DNA from: Bacillota bacterium
GTDB lineage: Bacteria; Patescibacteriota; Patescibacteriia; Patescibacteriales; UBA12465
Length of the DNA stretch: 47,399 nt
NCBI GenBank assembly: GCA_050259635.1
Contig: JBLNBA010000003.1
Span: 1 to 47,399, forward strand
Reading direction: 5' to 3'
Positions 26,821-33,731 of the stretch are shown here, piece by piece. A model generated the notes under the pieces. It was not told the DNA's origin. It saw only the letters and a program-made list of their open reading frames with translations, and searched no databases. The position numbers were made by a program, and so were the translations under genes. The stretch's first letter is position 1. Each line of letters opens with the position of its first letter.

Positions 26821-26851
26821 ATAAAAAGGAAGTCTGGTGTTATAGACTTCC
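26821..26851 (-). terminator. orphan terminator-like hairpin in ORF-free spacer
   Basis: GGAAGTCT (26828-26835) pairs with AGACTTCC (26844-26851). The A5 run at 26823-26827 gives a U-tract on the minus strand. No ORF of 60 aa or more lies upstream of it. Confidence 0.5.
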
Positions 26852-27078
26852 TCGCAACTCATTCGGCGGATTCTTTACTTATTATTATAGCATCATTAAC
26901 AGGTAACCTTTCCAACCTATAATTATCATCCAAGTAAGCTCTTGCATTTGCATAATAATAAATGCTATGAGCAAAAATGCGAATGAATAATAATAGAAAT
27001 AATTTAAACTATTTAAATTTACTTTCTATTTTTTGTTCTTCATCTGATTTCATGGTTATATTTTTTAAGATCAAATAT

Positions 27079-27131
27079 TTGGGTTAATTACCAAGTGCAC
27101 CGAGCGCCGATGAATTTAGTAATTAACCCAA
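27079..27131. repeat. 13-bp perfect inverted repeat with a 27-nt GC-richer loop
   Basis: TTGGGTTAATTAC (27079-27091) is the reverse complement of GTAATTAACCCAA (27119-27131). The loop is caagtgcaccgagcgccgatgaattta. Confidence 0.7.
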
Positions 27132-27162
27132 TATAATCCCATTTTTTAATGATCAATATAAC

Positions 27163-27189
27163 AAAAAAGCATACCATAGATATGCTTTT
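27163..27189 (-). terminator. intrinsic terminator after 27242-27829
   Basis: AAAGCATA (27166-27173) pairs with TATGCTTT (27181-27188). The preceding A-run gives a U-tract on the minus strand. Confidence 0.7.
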
Positions 27190-27197
27190 GTCAATAC

Positions 27198-27213
27198 TGC
27201 GGAGAGGGTGGGA
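27198..27213 (-). repeat. partial copy of the tRNA-Ser 3' end (att-like direct repeat)
   Basis: ctgcggagagggtggg (27198-27213) compared with ctgcggagaggcgggg (27920-27935) gives 11 exact matches, then 14 of 16 overall. The orientation is the same. The copy covers the 3' acceptor strand, the discriminator and 3 flanking nt of the tRNA. Confidence 0.6.
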
Positions 27214-27241
27214 CGTAGTTGGCTCGGTTTTGGGCGCGATT

Positions 27242-27829
27242 TTAACCCATCCTCAAATTAAACCTAATTTTTTTTCTAATAACCGCAAACATTAAAGACG
27301 AGTCGATAAATATTAAATAAACCGGAAAAGCTAATTCGACAAACCCCCACATCCTTATCGCCCCAAAACTTGTTAGCGCATTTATTAGTCCAGTGCTATA
27401 AGGAGCTATAGTTTCTGTCTCAGGATATCTCCATGATTTTACTAAAGTTGGAACTGCCGCAATAAGATCACTAGCAATAGCAAAGACAATTGCAATAGCT
27501 GGTTGCTTGGTAACTGCCCATAGAACTAGGGCGAGTAGTGAAACAAATCCACATAAATAATCAAATTTCACTAATTTCCAATATGATTTTTTATTAGTAA
27601 AGGAGAGAATAAATATTATTAACGGCCCAAAACCAGACATAAATACCGGAATGACAGCCAGGCTAACTCCACTAGCTAGACCAGCAGCCGTGGCGATTAG
27701 AGGGGCAATCGACCACATAAGCCAAGTTACCCTATTCGGTTTTGCATTTCCTCTTACGACCTCTCGTCCATAAGAATAAATTCCAATTAACTGAACCAAC
27801 ACTCCAACGAAAACTAAATATTTTAACAT
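27242..27829 (-). CDS. polytopic membrane protein of unknown family
   Basis: 195 aa with about 6-7 hydrophobic helices and an ATG start. It lies between the tRNA-Ser gene and the copy of its 3' end. Confidence 0.6.
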   Translation of the reverse strand: MLKYLVFVGVLVQLIGIYSYGREVVRGNAKPNRVTWLMWSIAPLIATAAGLASGVSLAVIPVFMSGFGPLIIFILSFTNKKSYWKLVKFDYLCGFVSLLALVLWAVTKQPAIAIVFAIASDLIAAVPTLVKSWRYPETETIAPYSTGLINALTSFGAIRMWGFVELAFPVYLIFIDSSLMFAVIRKKIRFNLRMG

Positions 27830-27922
27830 AACATTATTTATTGATTAATATTAGCATCACTTATGCCAAAGTTCAATTTTCGCTACAAAAAATAGCCCCT
27901 ATTTCAGGGCTATTTACATCTG

Positions 27923-28013
27923 CGGAGAGGCGGGGATTCGAACCCCGGATACGCCCAAAAAGACGTATAACAGGTTAGCAACCTGCCGCTTTCAGCCGCT
28001 CAGCCACCTCTCC
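27923..28013 (-). tRNA. tRNA-Ser (anticodon GCU), class II with long variable arm
   Basis: Folded by hand. The acceptor is GGAGAGG/CCTCTCC, with a 3-bp D stem. The anticodon stem GCAGG/CCTGT closes the loop TTGCTAA. The variable arm ATACG..CGTAT spans 21 nt. The T arm is CGGGG-TTCGAAT-CCCCG and the discriminator is G. No CCA is encoded. Confidence 0.9.
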
Positions 28014-28085
28014 CTGTTTTATTCTAATGTTTTAGAATTTATGTTATAATCACTATATAAAATCTACTTTCCATTGTCAAACAAT

Positions 28086-28601
28086 ATGCAAGAAAGCGCC
28101 AATTTCATCGAATGGCAGGTCCCTGAGTACAGACGCCCGGAAAGGAGTGCTAAATGGTATCTCCTGGCCGGCCTTTTCATTATTATCTGCCTCTTTTTCT
28201 CCTTCTTTTCCTTCGAAGGCGGGCAGATAGTCTTTCTCGGCGCCCGTTCCAACTTCCTCTTTGCTCTCATTATCCTCATTTCCTCCGCCATTCTAGTTAT
28301 CAACGATGGCGGCGAACCCAAGATGGTAACGATCAAGCTAAAGCCGGACGGCATCCAGGTCGGCCGCCGCTTTTACGACTATGATGCCATCAAGGCTTTC
28401 TGTGTCTTGTATAAACCCCGCCAAAGCGTCAAGAACCTGTACTTGGAATTCAGCAATAAGATGATGCCGAGACTGGCCATTCCTTTGCGCCGCCAAGATC
28501 CTTTACGTGTCCGTAATTACTTGGCCCGCTACTTGAACGAAGACCTTGAGCGCATTTCCCCGCCTCTTTCTGAAGAGTTGACTAAATTACTCCGGCTATA
28601 G
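28086..28601 (+). CDS. hypothetical membrane protein
   Basis: MQESANFIEWQVPEYRRPERSAKWYLLAGLFIIICLFF, two TM helices, then a soluble C-terminal domain. I prefer the ATG at 28086 over the TTG at 28074. An extended -10 (TGTTATAAT) lies at 28042-28050. Confidence 0.6.
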   Translation: MQESANFIEWQVPEYRRPERSAKWYLLAGLFIIICLFFSFFSFEGGQIVFLGARSNFLFALIILISSAILVINDGGEPKMVTIKLKPDGIQVGRRFYDYDAIKAFCVLYKPRQSVKNLYLEFSNKMMPRLAIPLRRQDPLRVRNYLARYLNEDLERISPPLSEELTKLLRL

Positions 28602-28622
28602 TATAATTCGCCTATCGAAATA

Positions 28623-28694
28623 GCCCTTGTAGTTTAATGGATAGAACGCAAGATTGCGGATCTTGTAATCCAGGTCCGATTCCTGGCGGGGGCA
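28623..28694 (+). tRNA. tRNA-Arg with anticodon GCG and a non-canonical T loop
   Basis: Folded by hand. The acceptor GCCCTTG/CGGGGGC includes two G-U pairs. The D arm is GTTT-AATGGATA-GAAC. The anticodon stem CAAGA/TCTTG closes the loop TTGCGGA. The T arm is CCAGG-TCCGATT-CCTGG and the discriminator is A. No CCA is encoded. Confidence 0.75.
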
Positions 28695-28705
28695 CTAGAA
28701 TATTT

Positions 28706-28730
28706 ATAGGCGCTTAAGGCGCCTATTTTT
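28706..28730 (+). terminator. terminator hairpin after tRNA-Arg, 6 nt before recG
   Basis: TAGGCGC (28707-28713) pairs with GCGCCTA (28719-28725), followed by T5 (28726-28730). Confidence 0.7.
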
Positions 28731-28736
28731 ATACCT

Positions 28737-30803
28737 ATGCTACTATCCCTTCCCTTGTCTTCCCTGAGCAGGGTCGGCAAGACTACCGCCAATTCACTTC
28801 ATAAGCTCGGTCTGGAGACCGTTTCCGACCTCCTTTTCTATTTCCCTTTCCGCTATGAAGATTATAGCCAGACCTCCCCTATCGGGAACATCGAGGCGGG
28901 CATGAACGTGAGTATCACTGGCACCATTGAGATGATAACGAACAAGCGCAGCCTCCGCCAGCGCCGTCAGCTTACAGAAGCCTTGGTTAGCGATGAAACC
29001 GGGATGATAAAGGTGGTCTGGTTCAACCAACCCTTCATCGCCCAAAACCTCAAAGCCGGAGATTTGGTTTCTCTGGCCGGTAAGGCGGCCGAAAGCTACG
29101 GCCAGCTCTCTTTGGTTTCTCCCCAATACGAAAAGGCCTCCTCCCAAGGGCTAATCCATACCCAAGGCCTCATTCCCATATACCATCTCAATTCCGATCT
29201 CAGCCAAAAGCAGCTGCGCTTTCTCATCAAGCAAGCCCTCCCAGCCAGTGATAGTCTGGAAGAGTGGCTTCCAGCTGATCTAATCAGCAAATTAGGGCTC
29301 CTGCCTCTCAAGGAAGCGATAAGGCAGGTGCATTTTCCCGAGAGCTTAGACCTCGCTCAGGCAGCCAGGAGGCGCTTGGGCTTCAGCGAGCTTTTCTTGA
29401 GACAGCTCCGCTCCCAAAGCCTCAAGCACCAGCTAAAGAATAAGCAAGCGCCCAAAGTTTCTTTCCAGGAATTACTTACCCGCAAATTCGTCTCTTCCCT
29501 TCCTTTCGAGCTCACTAAGGGCCAGAAACAGGCCGCTTGGGAAATACTGCAAGATATCGATCGAGAAGCGCCGATGTCCCGCCTTTTAGAAGGAGATGTC
29601 GGTTCTGGAAAGACTGTGGTCGCAGCCATGGCCCTCCTCAATGCGGCCGCCAACCGTTACCAAGCCGCTCTCATGGCCCCGACCGAGATCCTTGCCTCCC
29701 AGCATTATGAAAGCCTCAAGAAACTCATCGCTTCTTTCAATATTAAAATCGCTCTCCTCACCGGAAGCCAAGCAGAAGCTACTTTCGACCTGCCAAAAAC
29801 CAAGAAAGAACGGAAAGAAGCGATCATAAAAGAAGCCGAAATTATCATCGGGACGCAAGCCCTCATCCAGGATTATGAAATTCCCCGCCTCGCCTTGGTC
29901 ATTGTAGACGAACAGCATCGTTTCGGCGTACGCCAACGCCAGAAGCTCCAAAGGAGCGGCGGCGGCCTCTGGCCGCACTTCCTTTCCATGACCGCCACCC
30001 CTATCCCCCGTTCTCTGGCACTGGCGATCTACGGCGACCTGGATCTTTCCCTCATCCGCGAATTACCCAAAACGAGGAAGCCCATCATCACCAGGGTCGT
30101 ATCCGCCCAGGACCGGGACGATGCCTATGCTTTCATCAGGAAAGAGATAGACAAAGGGCGGCAAGCTTTCATCATCTGTCCCTTGGTGGAGGAATCGGAT
30201 AAGCTCGGGGCCAAATCAGCCACCGCGGAATATCGCAAGCTCAAACGCGACATCTACCCGGATCTTGAAATCGGCCTCATCCATGGCAAACTCAAAAGCG
30301 CCGAGAAAGAAAAAACGATGAAAGAATTCGCCGAAGGAAAAACCAAGATCTTAGTAGCCACCGCCGTGGTTGAGGTCGGAGTTGATGTCCAAAATGCCAG
30401 CGTCATGCTGATAGAAGGAGCGGAAAGATTCGGTTTGGCCCAGCTCCATCAGTTCCGCGGACGCGTAGGCAGAGGAGAGCACCAGTCATACTGCCTGCTC
30501 ATGACCAGCTTGGAAGAACAGAGCCCAAAGACGGCCGAACGTCTTCGTGCCTTGAGCAAATACAGCGACGGGCTTTCCTTATCTAAGATCGATCTTGACC
30601 TGCGCGGCTCGGGAGATATCTATGGCCTAGTCCAAAGCGGCTTTCCCGAACTCAGAATCGCATCCCTGTTCGACTACGAGGCGATTAAATCAGCCCAGAA
30701 AGCAGCCGAGGAGCTCATATCCTCGGACCCCGGCCTGGACAAGCATCCGTTAATCAAGGAGAAGCTAGCTGAAGCCCCGGAAGGAGAGGCCCACCTGGAG
30801 TGA
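28737..30803 (+). CDS. recG: ATP-dependent DNA helicase RecG
   Basis: N-terminal wedge region LSRVGKTTANSLHKLGLETVSDLLFYFPFRYED, then the helicase motifs GDVGSGKT, VDEQHRFG, TATPIPRS and QLHQFRGRVGRG. The gene ends with TGA. Confidence 0.95.
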   Translation: MLLSLPLSSLSRVGKTTANSLHKLGLETVSDLLFYFPFRYEDYSQTSPIGNIEAGMNVSITGTIEMITNKRSLRQRRQLTEALVSDETGMIKVVWFNQPFIAQNLKAGDLVSLAGKAAESYGQLSLVSPQYEKASSQGLIHTQGLIPIYHLNSDLSQKQLRFLIKQALPASDSLEEWLPADLISKLGLLPLKEAIRQVHFPESLDLAQAARRRLGFSELFLRQLRSQSLKHQLKNKQAPKVSFQELLTRKFVSSLPFELTKGQKQAAWEILQDIDREAPMSRLLEGDVGSGKTVVAAMALLNAAANRYQAALMAPTEILASQHYESLKKLIASFNIKIALLTGSQAEATFDLPKTKKERKEAIIKEAEIIIGTQALIQDYEIPRLALVIVDEQHRFGVRQRQKLQRSGGGLWPHFLSMTATPIPRSLALAIYGDLDLSLIRELPKTRKPIITRVVSAQDRDDAYAFIRKEIDKGRQAFIICPLVEESDKLGAKSATAEYRKLKRDIYPDLEIGLIHGKLKSAEKEKTMKEFAEGKTKILVATAVVEVGVDVQNASVMLIEGAERFGLAQLHQFRGRVGRGEHQSYCLLMTSLEEQSPKTAERLRALSKYSDGLSLSKIDLDLRGSGDIYGLVQSGFPELRIASLFDYEAIKSAQKAAEELISSDPGLDKHPLIKEKLAEAPEGEAHLE

Positions 30804-30879
30804 CTTGACAAACTTACCGAAAATATATAATATGGCGGTATTGTAACTTAACATATTGTTTAACCAAAAAAGACAGAAA

Positions 30880-31329
30880 ATGATTTATCAAGCGTCTTAC
30901 CGGGGCCAGAAAATTGTTTTCCATAAGGAAAACATATTTGTAGAAAAGAAAAGTATAATAATAAAGTCACCTCGAGTCTGCCTGGAGGAAGACGAAAAGA
31001 AAATCTTTAATGGATTCCATCAAGGAGTTGAAATCTGCTTCGGTAGAGAAAATCTCTATAAAGAGCAGGAAAAAATCGTTGTAAAATACGCCAGGAACTG
31101 CGATAGCACCTCGGACCGCCCCGTCCCTTCAACGATAGCCATTAAAGATATATTATTGCCTGAGGCAGAAAAACAATTGATCAGAGAAATCATGAATCAG
31201 CATATGCCGCTTCCCGAGCGCATCCCGCTTGACGAGCTGAATATGCACGCAGATGCTCTTTTTAGCATTAAACAATATTATAAAAAACAAACGGAAAAAA
31301 GACACCGCCGACGTCTAGCTAAGGCATAA
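30880..31329 (+). CDS. hypothetical protein
   Basis: I prefer the ATG at 30880; the track start at 30856 is TTG. A short internal repeat is visible (KIVFHKENIFVEKKSIIIK / EICFGRENLYKEQEKIVVK), and the C-terminus is basic. Confidence 0.5.
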   Translation: MIYQASYRGQKIVFHKENIFVEKKSIIIKSPRVCLEEDEKKIFNGFHQGVEICFGRENLYKEQEKIVVKYARNCDSTSDRPVPSTIAIKDILLPEAEKQLIREIMNQHMPLPERIPLDELNMHADALFSIKQYYKKQTEKRHRRRLAKA

Positions 31330-31346
31330 AACAAGTAAAGAAATCA

Positions 31347-31371
31347 ACCTTCCCCTCTAGGAAGGTTTTTT
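31347..31371 (+). terminator. intrinsic terminator after 30880-31329
   Basis: ACCTTCC (31347-31353) pairs with GGAAGGT (31360-31366), followed by a T-run. Confidence 0.8.
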
Positions 31372-31373
31372 AT

Positions 31374-31400
31374 ATAAAAAAAGACTTCTCATGGAGAAGC
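31374..31400 (-). terminator. intrinsic terminator after 31429-31659
   Basis: CTTCTC (31385-31390) pairs with GAGAAG (31394-31399). The A7 run at 31374-31380 gives a U-tract on the minus strand. Confidence 0.6.
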
Positions 31401-31428
31401 CGTTTTTAATTTTTTTTCGAAAGAGCTA

Positions 31429-31659
31429 TCAGCCTATCATCGGCATAACCCGCTTGGAAGCGAAGAAAGCAGAGATGATGAGGGATATCATGATAACGCA
31501 GTTTACCGGATTCATGGCAAATATCATTATACTGCCGGTGTAAGGGGTACCATCAAAGATGACTGAGGCGAAAGAGATTAACGCAAGAAAAATGATAATG
31601 CCAGAAATTATTCCAAGAACAAACAATACAACTGATGAAATGTCGATAAACTTTTTCAT
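31429..31659 (-). CDS. small two-TM membrane protein
   Basis: 76 aa, hydrophobic, with an ATG start and a downstream terminator. Confidence 0.5.
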   Translation of the reverse strand: MKKFIDISSVVLFVLGIISGIIIFLALISFASVIFDGTPYTGSIMIFAMNPVNCVIMISLIISAFFASKRVMPMIG

Positions 31660-31758
31660 GATCTATAGGTTTATATGAAATGAACAAGCGTTAACTATGG
31701 TAAAATAATAGCACATATAATATAAAATGTCAATATGTGCCATCTCTCTATCTATTTT

Positions 31759-33108
31759 TTAGGCTAATAATTCAGCAAGTTCTCCTAAATTCTTTATCCT
31801 TATAAGCTTCAATTTGCCTCCTTTGTAATCCGTCCCCTCCGGCACGACCGCACTCTTGAACCCAAGCTTCTCCGCTTCTTTCAGGCGCTGCTCCAAGCGG
31901 AAGACCGGCCTCAGCTCGGCTCCCAAACCTATCTCGCCGATGAAAGCCGTACCGACCGGCAGGGCCTTATTAAGATAAGAAGAAATGATAGCGGCACAGA
32001 CAGCCAGATCCAAAGCGGGATCATTAATCTTGAGACCGCCCACCACGTTCAGGATGATGTCCCTGGTAACCAGGTTTATCTTGCTCAATCTCTTAGCGAT
32101 TACAGCGCTTAGTACCTGCAAACGATTTAGGTCGAAACCGCTGGCCTTCCTCTGCGGATAACCGAAGATAGTCTTCGTCACTAGAGCTTGGATATTTACT
32201 AAGAAAGGACGCGTGCCTTCCAGAACGCAACCGATCGCCGATCCTGGCGCCGTTTCCATGGCCGCTCCCAAGAAGGCAGAACTTGGATCCTTGGCTTCCA
32301 CGAAACCTTTGCCGGTCATCTCAAGGACGCCCAGCTCATTCACGGAACCAAAACGGTTCTTACTGGCACGAAGGAGGCAATAACTGCTTCCGGGCTCATT
32401 CTCCAAAGATAAGACCGTATCGACAATGTGTTCCAAGGATTTAGGGCCGGCAAGTTGGCCGTCCTTCGTGATATGTCCGATCAAAAGCACGCTGATACCC
32501 TTTTCCTTGGCCAGTTCGAGGAATCTCACCGCCACCGCCCGGATCTGGCTCAAGCTGCCAGCTTCCGAAGGGATGAGCGAAGAATATATCGTCTGGATGG
32601 AGTCTACCACCATCAAGGCGGGCTTCACTTTTTCCGCGGCTGAGGCAATCTTCTCCACGCCAGTATCGCCGATAAAGCGCAACCTGGTAAGATCGCAGCC
32701 GAGGCGCTCTAAGCGAGACTTTACCTGGACCGCGGATTCTTCTCCGCTGACATACAATATTTCCCCTTGCCGACTTAATTTATCCGCCAATTGCGCCGCT
32801 AATGTGCTCTTCCCGATTCCCGGCTCCCCGCTTAAGAGCAAGAGCGATCCGGGAAGGAGGCCTCCGCCCAAAACGCGGTCTATCTCCTCCCAGCCGCTCT
32901 GCACTCGCACCTCATTACCGCCTTTAAGGCCCCGGAGATCGATAACATCGGCTTCACCCGCTTTCTTCGCTTCTTCTTTTTTCTCGCTCTTCGCATCCAA
33001 AGTCTCTTCTTCCAGCGTTCCCCAAGAACCGCATTCTAAGCAACGCCCGCTCCACTTAGGGAACTGGGCGTCGCAATGGGAACAAGTATATACCTTCTTT
33101 ATTGCCAT
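31759..33108 (-). CDS. radA: DNA repair/recombination protein RadA (Sms)
   Basis: N-terminal zinc finger CSHCDAQFPKWSGRCLECGSWG, Walker A GEPGIGKST, the KNRFG motif (ASKNRFGS) and a Lon-protease-like C-terminal domain. I place the start at ATG 33106-33108, 2 nt after the upstream TAA. The track start at 33123 is TTG. Confidence 0.95.
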   Translation of the reverse strand: MAIKKVYTCSHCDAQFPKWSGRCLECGSWGTLEEETLDAKSEKKEEAKKAGEADVIDLRGLKGGNEVRVQSGWEEIDRVLGGGLLPGSLLLLSGEPGIGKSTLAAQLADKLSRQGEILYVSGEESAVQVKSRLERLGCDLTRLRFIGDTGVEKIASAAEKVKPALMVVDSIQTIYSSLIPSEAGSLSQIRAVAVRFLELAKEKGISVLLIGHITKDGQLAGPKSLEHIVDTVLSLENEPGSSYCLLRASKNRFGSVNELGVLEMTGKGFVEAKDPSSAFLGAAMETAPGSAIGCVLEGTRPFLVNIQALVTKTIFGYPQRKASGFDLNRLQVLSAVIAKRLSKINLVTRDIILNVVGGLKINDPALDLAVCAAIISSYLNKALPVGTAFIGEIGLGAELRPVFRLEQRLKEAEKLGFKSAVVPEGTDYKGGKLKLIRIKNLGELAELLA

Positions 33109-33110
33109 AG

Positions 33111-33725
33111 TTATTCGAGCCAATACGCTCCATCTACCAGCCAGCGTCCATTCTCACGGACGAAGACGAGCAGCAGATCCTGATTATAATTATTCTCTCC
33201 TCCTTGTCCTCTCACTTCCCGGCGCTGGGTCCCCACTACAATTTCCGCCTTGCCGGCGTTGGCATCGAAACTCTTGGCCTCGGTACTCACCGCAATCGTT
33301 GTCATGCCGTAATAACTGCCGTCATAGGCATTATCCTGTCTCATCTTAGCCACGTATCCGTCCGCCCATTCGCGCATATTGGCGGTCATGAAGATATCCA
33401 AATCATCAAAATTGCTGTAATCGGATTGATTGGAAAATGATCCCAGCCTTTCAGCAAAAGAAGCCGCCAACTTGGAAACGTCCGCCGAATCGGTTTCATG
33501 TGGCGCTTCCTTGCTGATATCATATTGCTGATAATTGCGCGGCTTGTCTCCCGGAGTAATATCACTCTCTTCCGGTGTCGGCAATTGCCCGGTGGTGGTT
33601 GCCCCAGGATTATCAAGCGGGGACGGCGTTTCCGGTTTCTTGAGGAATATGAAATAGACGATAGCGGCAATAATCAGTAAGCCGATGACGATGACCAGTA
33701 ATCCGGTCTTTTGGCGGTTGTTCAT
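33111..33725 (-). CDS. bitopic protein with VirB8-like architecture (N-terminal TM plus NTF2-like C-terminal domain)
   Basis: TM helix GLLVIVIGLLIIAAIVYFIFL and a Pro/Thr-rich linker. The C-terminal ...KAEIVVGTQRREV...QDLLLVFVRENGRWLVDGAYW is typical of a cone-shaped alpha+beta fold. It lies directly downstream of virB4. The call rests on architecture only. Confidence 0.4.
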   Translation of the reverse strand: MNNRQKTGLLVIVIGLLIIAAIVYFIFLKKPETPSPLDNPGATTTGQLPTPEESDITPGDKPRNYQQYDISKEAPHETDSADVSKLAASFAERLGSFSNQSDYSNFDDLDIFMTANMREWADGYVAKMRQDNAYDGSYYGMTTIAVSTEAKSFDANAGKAEIVVGTQRREVRGQGGENNYNQDLLLVFVRENGRWLVDGAYWLE

Positions 33726-33731
33726 ATATTT

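Noticed and set aside
26885-26953. 22-aa hydrophobic minus-strand ORF (MQMQELTWMIIIGWKGYLLMML) as a type I toxin
   Set aside because: It has no Shine-Dalgarno sequence and I cannot show any antisense partner. It is too short to judge from sequence alone. It is mentioned under the spacer finding only.
28064-28384. ORFs of 96 aa (minus strand) and 76 aa (plus strand, other frame) overlapping the 28086-28601 gene
   Set aside because: The 28086 frame gives a coherent two-TM protein with a promoter-like TGTTATAAT upstream. The alternatives are Arg/Pro-rich.
32426-33349. 307-aa plus-strand ORF antisense to radA
   Set aside because: It is a shadow of the well-conserved radA frame. The translation is Ser/Pro/Arg-rich with no motifs.
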